From Candidatus Lindowbacteria bacterium RIFCSPLOWO2_12_FULL_62_27 (GTDB lineage: Bacteria; Lindowbacteria; 2-12-FULL-62-27): a stretch of 64,000 bases of DNA. The stretch spans positions 327,614 to 391,613 of the forward strand of contig MFPR01000028.1 of assembly GCA_001784175.1 (NCBI GenBank). Reading direction: 5' to 3'. Below, piece by piece: positions 56,450-64,000 of this stretch. The notes beneath the pieces were generated by a model that ran no database searches, was not told where the DNA came from, and worked only from the letters and a program-made list of their open reading frames with translations. Each line of letters starts with the position of its first letter. Positions within the stretch are counted from its first letter, which is position 1. The position numbers were made by a program, and so were the translations under genes.

Positions 56450-56835
56450 TTCTGTTCTCATACTGACTTTTCGTTCACGGTAGGTCCGGTTCGAAGCCGG
56501 GGGTGGTTGATGGGAGGCAGTCGGGAGGCGGCAGGCGATCATCAAGTGCGTGGAGAAATAACAAATTCCGCGCCTGCCGTTCTTCGATAGCCCCGAATCC
56601 TCCCAAGCGAGCGCACAACACAGCTAAAAGGCGGGACAGGAAAACAAAAAACGCCGGAAAACCAGGTTTTCGGCGGCGGGGGTAGTCTTTGCCTAGTGGG
56701 GTTTGGGGTGGGGTCCTAAATTACATAGGGAAATTGGCCGAAATAATGAGAAGCGGCGCAGCTCTTGCCGTGAGCCGCCGCTTCTGTGCATTTCTGCCGA
56801 GAGAGGGAACCCCGTCTGTGAGGGAGCCGAGTCGC

Positions 56836-56867
56836 GATTTTGGATTTTGGATTTTGGATTTTGGATT
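56836..56867 (-). repeat. Heptamer tandem repeat (GATTTTG x4.5 on the + strand)
   Basis: Reverse complement of the AATCCAA-type unit found in ssnA. Confidence 0.88.
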
Positions 56868-56951
56868 ACGGAATAGGTCTATAAGTCTATGCCCGGCACC
56901 CTCTGCCCCCTCTGCCCGTCTGTCCCCCGTCGCGCACGGGGGGACCCCGCC

Positions 56952-57059
56952 TCAATCGTGTTTGGGATCTTTTACGAAAAAAATCAGATACAGGGCGCCC
57001 AAGGTCGGCACCAGCAGGGTCCACCATTCCAGCCAAGTCATTCCCAGCCATGTAGTCAT
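56952..57059 (-). CDS. 35-aa Trp-rich membrane microprotein (not in ORF track)
   Basis: MTTWLGMTWLEWWTLLVPTLGALYLIFFVKDPKHD; AAGGAGG RBS; ATGA overlap with the upstream ORF. Confidence 0.6.
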   Translation of the reverse strand: MTTWLGMTWLEWWTLLVPTLGALYLIFFVKDPKHD

Positions 57060-57241
57060 TTGTGATCCTCCTTTCTCGCATACAAAATCAACAACACCAT
57101 GCCGACCAACACGGCGCCGGCCGGATAAACGAAGTGGAGTTCATGCCGAAAGATCGTCGCTGCGAGGCCGCCTAGAAGCAATCCGCGCCCGATTTCGAAG
57201 AGTATCTTGTCTTTTCGAGTCTCCCGTTGCTCGCCACCCAC
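57056..57241 (-). CDS. 61-aa two-TM small protein
   Basis: Two hydrophobic segments; coupled to the downstream microprotein. Confidence 0.55.
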   Translation of the reverse strand: MGGEQRETRKDKILFEIGRGLLLGGLAATIFRHELHFVYPAGAVLVGMVLLILYARKEDHK

Positions 57242-57360
57242 ACTCGGTTTGTACCAACAAATCAGGCCCGAGTCAAACGCGGCCCGTTGCCCGTTACGCG
57301 TTGCCCATGACCGGCATTATTTTTTTTCTTATATATATAACAAAAAGTCTGACGGCGATT

Positions 57361-60300
57361 TTGGGGCTGACGAAGTGGACGGGGGCGGGGGAAAATAAGT
57401 CAATTAAGTCAATACCCGGCCCCGTTTTCGTTGTTCTGATTCTGACGGCTGTGGTGTATGGGCTGATGCCGGCGGCGCCGGCGGAGGGGTTGCTGTTTTC
57501 CGATACGCTGGTGTTCAGCCGGTTGTATCCCTTTCCCGGGCCGTTTGGGAGTGATTTTGAGGACGACGCGCAGTACATAGAGCTGTACAATCCGACGCCA
57601 CGGGTGGTCAATCTGGGCTCGTTTGAAATAGATTTCAGGGCGACCAATTGTGGTGACTTGGATGGCACCCAAAACTTAAACTCCATGACGGCCGGGGACA
57701 CCGACGCGATTGGGGCGTTCGGCTATTATGTGATCGGCAATTTTGACGCGGGCGACGGCGTCAATATCAAGGGCCAGAATTTTGGTGTGGGTCCGGCGTA
57801 TCTGGACGCGCTGGCGCTTTCCATCGACGACGGCGATCTGGTCAACACCGACAATATTCTGACCGGGGCCGCCAACGACGGGACGACCAACATTCAGGAT
57901 GACCACCAGCCGCTCCTGCTGGAGAACGTCGGGACGAACAATCCCGTCGATTCCATTTACATTGCCGACGGCGCCGGCACGGTGCGATATTTGGGCAACA
58001 ACGAGATGAACGGCTACGAGGCGGTGGTGCGCCTGCCGGGCCGCCGGGGATTTCACAAGCAGCACACATGGCGCGCGGGCGCGGGCATGCGGGTGTCGTT
58101 GACGAATCCGGGCGCCATTCTGACGGACTCCACGGCCATCAATTTCGTCTATGACACGAGCGGCACCAACGGTTATGCGTCGAACATTGATTCGCAGCCT
58201 CACAATACGGCCAGCCCGCGCGAGCGGCCGATTTTCCTGGTCACGCCGCTTTTGCCGACCGTCTACATGAACGACACGTTTGTGGTGGCGGTGACGGTGG
58301 TGGGCCGGTACGAGGTGTCGACGGACGCCGACTCGATGTGGCGGTTGTGGGCGTGGCCGGACGGCGCCGCGCCTGGATTTGACACGGTGGTGCAGGACTA
58401 CTCGGCGGAGACGTTCGGGCGGTTTGCGTTTTCGAACGTGAAGTTTGCGGGGGGCAACACGTATTTATACAGCGACGCCCTGGGGCGTTCCCAAGACACG
58501 AGCGGCGCGCAAGGGGATCGAAGGACCGAGTGGTGGTTCAACTCGGGTGTCTGCACATCTACGATGAAGCTTTTTTCGCGGGGGACGCCGGACTACGACA
58601 CGTGGACGAGGACGCCGGCGGACAGTGTGAACAGCAATCATTTATTGACGTACGAGGACGGGTACTGCACCGGCTACGCGTACATTTTTGTTCAGACGCA
58701 CGCGAGCGCGCGGTTCGTGCAGCGCGTCTGGACGGAGAACTCGGACACGACGAAGGCCTATGCCGGCCGCGCCGTATACATTCAGGTGGACGACACCGAC
58801 CAGGACATGACGACGGGGCTGGACAACCTGACGGTGATCGTGTGGTCGAAGCTGGGCGGCGACACAGAGCGGTATGTACTGACGGAGCACGCCTCCGGTA
58901 CGGACGGCACGTCCAACCAATTCGTCGACTCCTTCGGGCTGTGGCTTTCGGCCGACAAGGCGACAGGCGGGCTGCAGAACGACAGCATTCTGTTCGTGTA
59001 TGAGGCGGACTCGGTATTCGTGTGGTACATCGACCCCAACGACCCGATGGGCGACACGCTGTGGGGCGACACGGTTCATGTCGAGTATTCGACGTGCACG
59101 GTGGACTGGCGAAACGCCTCGTACAGCGGGGGCGCGGACACGTACACGCAGACGCTGGATTCGGGCCACATCGAGCTTCGGGACATGAACGCGAACCGGA
59201 CGCCGTGGCTGAGGGACACGATTGCGGTGATCGTGCGGAGCGACACGACCGCGGACAGCATGACGGTGGTGCTGATCGAGACGACGGAGACGAGCGGCAT
59301 CTTCCGGATCGACTATGCCGGCGCCAACCGGGTGACGTTTTCGAACACCGCGCCGCTGCCCGCGCTCTACAACGATTCTATTTTGCTTCACGTGCATCTC
59401 GACAGCGCCATCGTGGTCTACCGGGACCCCTACGACAGCCAATGGGGCGACGCGAACGACACGTCGAACGACACGGTCCGGATCCACAACTGGCAGCAGG
59501 CGGCGGTGACAGGGATGTTCGACGATGCCGCCTACACAGACGGCGTTGACACCTACTCGACGCGGGACTTTCTGTACCTCATCGTCACGGACACGGACGA
59601 GAACCGCGAGCCGCTGAAGACCGAGACCGTGGTGGTGACGGTGTGGGTGGGCAACGGCACGCTGGAGGGCGAAGCGTCGGGATTGATCCTGGACACGGAG
59701 GAGATCGTGCTGACGGAGGTGTCGACGGCCGCGGGCATCTTCCGGAACACGAACAACCCCGGGCTTCTGACCGACACCGTGATCCCGTCGGCGCAGGACG
59801 GGTTTATCTCGTGGGGCAGGAGCGACACGCTTCTTCTGCGGTACATCGACAAGGAGAACACCCACGGGTACACGACGGACACGGTCTTCGACACGGCCCT
59901 GGCCATCGAGATTCCCTCGACCGTCGCCCTTCAGATATTCGAGCAGCAGAACTACACGGACGAAGTGGACTCGTACATCACCCGGGATTATCTGTTCATC
60001 TGGCTGACGGACACGGACGAGAACCGCAATCCTCAGCGGGCCGACACCGTGTACGTGACGGTGTACGTGGGCAACGGCACGACGGAGGTGGACGCGGCGG
60101 GGTTGGTGATCGACACGGAGGTATTGATTCTGACGGAGAGTTCGAACGTGAGCGGCATATTCCGGAGCGACACCGTGGTCTTGACGGACACGGTCTCGGC
60201 GCCGGGCGTGAACGACGGTTACGTGAGCTGGGGCATCGCCGACACGCTGCATGTGGCGTACACGGACGTGACGGGTCTGGGCGAGACGGCGTCCGACACA

Positions 60301-63300
60301 GCGCTGGCCCAGGACAGCCAGTCGACGGCGCGGGTGACGCTGTTTGAGAACCGGGACTACACCGACGACGTCGACACGTATCTCGTGCGGGATCTTCTGT
60401 ACATCGCCGTGTTCGACACAGACGAGAACCGCAACCCGCAGCGCCGGGACACGGTGGCGGTGACCGTCTACGTGGGCAACGGCAGTCTGGAGGGCGACGC
60501 GGCGTCGTTGGTGCTGGACACGGAGCGGCTGATTCTGACGGAGAGCGGGAACGTGAGCGGGATCTTTCAGAGCGACACCGTCCACCTGACCGACACGATC
60601 GTCCCGTCGGCGAACGACGGCTGGGTGAGCTGGGGCCGGGAGGACACGATCCATGTGGTGTACAGCGACACGGGCAGCGACATATGGAGCGACACGGCCC
60701 TGGCGGTCGAGATCGCGACGGCCGCGCTCCTCAATATATACGATCAGCCCTACGACGACGTGGTGGACACGTTTTCGACGCGGGACGTTCTGTACATCCA
60801 GGTGGTCGACACGGACGAGAACCGCAACCCGCAGCGGTCGGACACGATCCGCGTCACGGTGTATGTGGGCAACGGCACGGCGGAGGGCGACGCAGCCGGG
60901 TTGGTGATCGACACGGAGATCCTGATTTTGACGGAGAGCACGCAGGTGAGCGGCCTATTCCAGAGCGGCGCCGTGACCCTGACCGACACGGTGTCGGCCC
61001 CGGGCGTAAACGACGGCACCGTGAGCTGGGGCCGGTCGGACACGATCCATGTCGCCTACACGGACGCGAGCGGCGCGACCGAGAATCAGAGCGACTCGGC
61101 GCTGGGCCTGGAGATCGTGACGACGGCCGCGGTGTCGGTGATCGAGGACATCGGCTTTACGGACATCGTCGACACGCTTATGACGCGGGACATTTTCTAC
61201 GTCTGGGTGCAGGACACGGACGAGAACCACAACCCGCAGCGCCAGGACACGGTGCAGGTGGTGGCCTACATCGGCAACGGCACGCTGGAGGGCGAAGCGG
61301 CGGGCTACATCATCGACACGCAGACGATCGTGCTGACGGAGAGTTCGAACGTGAGCGGGATTTTCCGAAGCGACACCTTCGTGATCAACGACACGGAGGT
61401 CCCGTCGACCGAAAACTCGCGGCTGTCCTGGGGCCGGAACGACACGCTGCACGTCACGTACACGGACGGGACGGGCACGACGGAGACCGGGAGCGACACG
61501 GCGCTGGCGCTGGAGATCGCGTCGAGCGCGACGCTTCCGCAATTTTACGAGCAGAGCAACTACACGGACGACGTCGACACGTTTCTGACGCGCGACGTCG
61601 CGTTCATTCAGATACAGGACACGGACGAGAACCGTAATCCGCAGCGGGCTGACACGATTGACGTTCTGGTGTACGTCGGCAACGGGACCCTGGAGGGGGA
61701 GGCGGCGTCGCTGGTTTTGGACACGGAGCGGCTGATCCTGACGGAGAGCACGAACGTGAGCGGGATATTTCAGAGCGGCGCTGTGAATTTGACAGATACG
61801 ATTTCACCCGCCGTCAACGACGGCACCGTGAGCTGGGGCCGGTCGGACACGGCGCAGGCCGTGTACACGGACGTAACGGGCGCGAGCGAGACGACGAGCG
61901 ACACGGCGCTGGCGATCGAGATTGCGACGACGGTGACGGTTTCGATCATCGAGGACATCGGATTCACCGACGACATCGACACGCTGCTGACGCGTGACGT
62001 TTTTTACGTGCAGGCGCAGGACACGGACGAGAACCGCAACCCGCAGCGCGCGGACACCGTGAGCGTGACCGCCTACATCGGCAACGGCACGCTGGAGGGC
62101 GAGGCGGCGGGACTGGTGCTCGACACGCAGACGATCGTGCTGACGGAGAGTTCGAACGTGAGCGGCCTCTTCCGGAGCGACACGTTCGTGATCAACGACA
62201 CGGAGGTCCCGGCGGCCGAGAACACGCGCCTGTCGTGGGGCCGGAACGACACGCTGTACATCGCGTACACGGACGTGACGGGCGCGTCGGAAACCGGGAG
62301 CGACACGGCGCTGGCGCTGGAGATCGCGACGCCGGCGACCGCCGCGATTTATGACGACATCGGCTTTACGGACGTCGCGGACACGCTGTCGACGCGGGAC
62401 ATGTTTTACGTGCAGGTGCACGACACGGACGAGAACCGCAATCCCCAGCGCGCTGACACGATCTATGTGATGGCCTACATCGGCAACGGCACGCTGGAGT
62501 GGGACGCGGCGGGGCTCGTGCTGGACACGCAGACGATGGTGCTGACGGAGAACACGAGCGTGAGCGGCATCTTCCGGAGCGACACGTGGATCGCGGTTGA
62601 CACGCAGGCCGTGTCGGCCGAGAACGGGCGGATCGAGTGGGGGTACATCGACACGCTGCACGTGACGTACACGGACGTGACGGGCACGAGCGAGACGGCG
62701 ACGGACACGGTGGTGGCGGTCGACATTACGACGACCGCGACGCTTCCGCAGTTTTACGAAAACAGCGGCTATTCGGACGACGTCGACACGTTTTTCGTGC
62801 GGGACGCCTTCTATATTCAAGTGCAGGACACGGACGAGAACCGCAATCCGCAGCGGGCCGACACGATTTTCGTTCTGGTGTACGTCGGCAACGGCACGAC
62901 GGAGGTCGACGCGGCGGGCCTGGTCATCGACACGCAGACGGTGGTGTTGACGGAGAACGGAGTTGTCACAGGCATCTTCCAAAGCGGCGGTGTGGCGCTG
63001 ACCGACACGGAGTCGCCGTCGGTCGAGAACAGCCGCGTGAGCTGGGGCCGGTCGGACACGCTGCACGCCGTGTACCGGGACGTATCGGGCGTGAGCGAGA
63101 CGACGAGCGACACGGCGCTGGCGCTGGAGATCGTGAGCGGCGCGACGCTGCCGCAATTATACGAGGAGTCCGGCTATTCCGACGATGTGGACACCTATCT
63201 CACGCGGGATTTCATGTATATCACGCTTCAGGACACGGACGAGAACCGCAACCCGCAGCGTCCGGACACGGTTTCGGTTCTCGTCTATGTCGGCAACAGC

Positions 63301-64000
63301 CAGGGGAACGGCACGGAGGTCGGCGCGTACGCGGGCGCGCTGATCATCGACACGGAGCGGATCATTCTGACGGAGACCACGGACGTGAGCGGCATCTTCC
63401 GTCGCGCGTCCATCGCCGTGACGGACACGGTCTCGGCGCCGGGCGAAAACGACGGCGTGGTGAGCTGGGGCGTATCGGACACCCTGCACGTGGTCTACAC
63501 GGACGTTCTGGGCGCGAGCGAGACGACGAGCGACACGGCGCTGGCGATCGAGATCGTGACGAGCGCGAGCCTGACCATCACACAGGACGCGGGCTACCTG
63601 GACGCGTCGGACACGTTCCGGACGCGGGACCTGTTTAACATCGTCCTTGCGGACACGGACGAGAACCGGAATCCGCAGTTGACCGACACGGTCTACGTGA
63701 CCGTGTACGTGGGCAACGGCGTGGTGGAAGGTGACGCGGCCGCGTACGTTCTGGACACGGAGGTGTTGATTCTGACGGAGAGTTCGAACGTGAGCGGCAT
63801 TTTCATGGCGACGGTGGTGGTGACGGACACGGTGTCGGCCCCGGGCGTGAACGACGGGGTGACGAGCTGGGGCCGGAACGACACGGCGCACATCGCGTAC
63901 ACGGACGTGAACGGCACGAGCGAAACGACGAGCGACACCGCGCTGGCGCTGGAGATCGTGACGACCGGCCGCGTGATTTTCTACGAGGACGCGGCCTACG
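57361..64000 (+). CDS. Giant secreted/surface repeat protein, N-terminal lamin-tail-like domain, >=11 tandem ~135-aa repeats (truncated at window end; start 57307 ATG or 57361 TTG)
   Basis: Frame 1 was open in every segment translated and all repeat offsets are multiples of 3. Signal-like PVFVVLILTAVVYGLMPAAPAEG; YIELYNPT; repeated DTDENRNPQR.DT...YVGNGT.EG.AAGLV.DT....LTE...SGIF. Confidence 0.88.
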   Translation, partial: MGLTKWTGAGENKSIKSIPGPVFVVLILTAVVYGLMPAAPAEGLLFSDTLVFSRLYPFPGPFGSDFEDDAQYIELYNPTPRVVNLGSFEIDFRATNCGDLDGTQNLNSMTAGDTDAIGAFGYYVIGNFDAGDGVNIKGQNFGVGPAYLDALALSIDDGDLVNTDNILTGAANDGTTNIQDDHQPLLLENVGTNNPVDSIYIADGAGTVRYLGNNEMNGYEAVVRLPGRRGFHKQHTWRAGAGMRVSLTNPGAILTDSTAINFVYDTSGTNGYASNIDSQPHNTASPRERPIFLVTPLLPTVYMNDTFVVAVTVVGRYEVSTDADSMWRLWAWPDGAAPGFDTVVQDYSAETFGRFAFSNVKFAGGNTYLYSDALGRSQDTSGAQGDRRTEWWFNSGVCTSTMKLFSRGTPDYDTWTRTPADSVNSNHLLTYEDGYCTGYAYIFVQTHASARFVQRVWTENSDTTKAYAGRAVYIQVDDTDQDMTTGLDNLTVIVWSKLGGDTERYVLTEHASGTDGTSNQFVDSFGLWLSADKATGGLQNDSILFVYEADSVFVWYIDPNDPMGDTLWGDTVHVEYSTCTVDWRNASYSGGADTYTQTLDSGHIELRDMNANRTPWLRDTIAVIVRSDTTADSMTVVLIETTETSGIFRIDYAGANRVTFSNTAPLPALYNDSILLHVHLDSAIVVYRDPYDSQWGDANDTSNDTVRIHNWQQAAVTGMFDDAAYTDGVDTYSTRDFLYLIVTDTDENREPLKTETVVVTVWVGNGTLEGEASGLILDTEEIVLTEVSTAAGIFRNTNNPGLLTDTVIPSAQDGFISWGRSDTLLLRYIDKENTHGYTTDTVFDTALAIEIPSTVALQIFEQQNYTDEVDSYITRDYLFIWLTDTDENRNPQRADTVYVTVYVGNGTTEVDAAGLVIDTEVLILTESSNVSGIFRSDTVVLTDTVSAPGVNDGYVSWGIADTLHVAYTDVTGLGETASDTALAQDSQSTARVTLFENRDYTDDVDTYLVRDLLYIAVFDTDENRNPQRRDTVAVTVYVGNGSLEGDAASLVLDTERLILTESGNVSGIFQSDTVHLTDTIVPSANDGWVSWGREDTIHVVYSDTGSDIWSDTALAVEIATAALLNIYDQPYDDVVDTFSTRDVLYIQVVDTDENRNPQRSDTIRVTVYVGNGTAEGDAAGLVIDTEILILTESTQVSGLFQSGAVTLTDTVSAPGVNDGTVSWGRSDTIHVAYTDASGATENQSDSALGLEIVTTAAVSVIEDIGFTDIVDTLMTRDIFYVWVQDTDENHNPQRQDTVQVVAYIGNGTLEGEAAGYIIDTQTIVLTESSNVSGIFRSDTFVINDTEVPSTENSRLSWGRNDTLHVTYTDGTGTTETGSDTALALEIASSATLPQFYEQSNYTDDVDTFLTRDVAFIQIQDTDENRNPQRADTIDVLVYVGNGTLEGEAASLVLDTERLILTESTNVSGIFQSGAVNLTDTISPAVNDGTVSWGRSDTAQAVYTDVTGASETTSDTALAIEIATTVTVSIIEDIGFTDDIDTLLTRDVFYVQAQDTDENRNPQRADTVSVTAYIGNGTLEGEAAGLVLDTQTIVLTESSNVSGLFRSDTFVINDTEVPAAENTRLSWGRNDTLYIAYTDVTGASETGSDTALALEIATPATAAIYDDIGFTDVADTLSTRDMFYVQVHDTDENRNPQRADTIYVMAYIGNGTLEWDAAGLVLDTQTMVLTENTSVSGIFRSDTWIAVDTQAVSAENGRIEWGYIDTLHVTYTDVTGTSETATDTVVAVDITTTATLPQFYENSGYSDDVDTFFVRDAFYIQVQDTDENRNPQRADTIFVLVYVGNGTTEVDAAGLVIDTQTVVLTENGVVTGIFQSGGVALTDTESPSVENSRVSWGRSDTLHAVYRDVSGVSETTSDTALALEIVSGATLPQLYEESGYSDDVDTYLTRDFMYITLQDTDENRNPQRPDTVSVLVYVGNSQGNGTEVGAYAGALIIDTERIILTETTDVSGIFRRASIAVTDTVSAPGENDGVVSWGVSDTLHVVYTDVLGASETTSDTALAIEIVTSASLTITQDAGYLDASDTFRTRDLFNIVLADTDENRNPQLTDTVYVTVYVGNGVVEGDAAAYVLDTEVLILTESSNVSGIFMATVVVTDTVSAPGVNDGVTSWGRNDTAHIAYTDVNGTSETTSDTALALEIVTTGRVIFYEDAAY

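Noticed and set aside
58642-63938. Repetitive minus-strand and off-frame ORFs; possible CRISPR or DNA repeat array
   Set aside because: The periodicity is ~400 nt, in frame and degenerate at synonymous sites, so it reflects the protein repeat on + frame 1.

Overview
A 64-kb chromosomal window from a high-GC bacterium; the lineage cannot be fixed from sequence alone. In order: a sugar ABC/NRAMP-like transport operon with a cNMP-binding membrane protein; a transglutaminase-like protein; and a long + strand operon (7.3-18.6 kb) with a ThrC-like PLP enzyme, a MoaD/CysO ubiquitin-like protein fused after its GG to a NIL domain, a cysteine-less radical-SAM-like protein, a DASS permease, USP, a JAB protease, an O-antigen-ligase/TPR protein, DUF885 and a circularly permuted ATP-grasp, converging on a rhodanese. 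Next come a tailoring cluster (two B12 radical SAMs, 2OG-Fe(II) oxygenase, HemN-like enzyme, two GT2-NUDIX pairs), dnaG-rpoD, polB-hpnCDE, a lower-GC anti-sigma/STAS/REC patch with a structured leader and a BrnT-like TA pair, and arcC-ssnA-glyA-ygeY. The window ends with signalling genes, a kelch protein, a beta-lactamase-like hydrolase and a giant (>2200 aa, truncated) repeat surface protein missing from the ORF track. Most notable: the masked Ubl-NIL fusion with a JAB protease in the same operon; a ~49-bp double-hairpin repeat inserted into genes; a perfect 52-bp palindrome; a three-way-junction RNA candidate; an archaeal-looking PolB with a bacterial clamp motif; and an unannotated microprotein pair. 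All family assignments come from motif recognition by eye; no searches were run.
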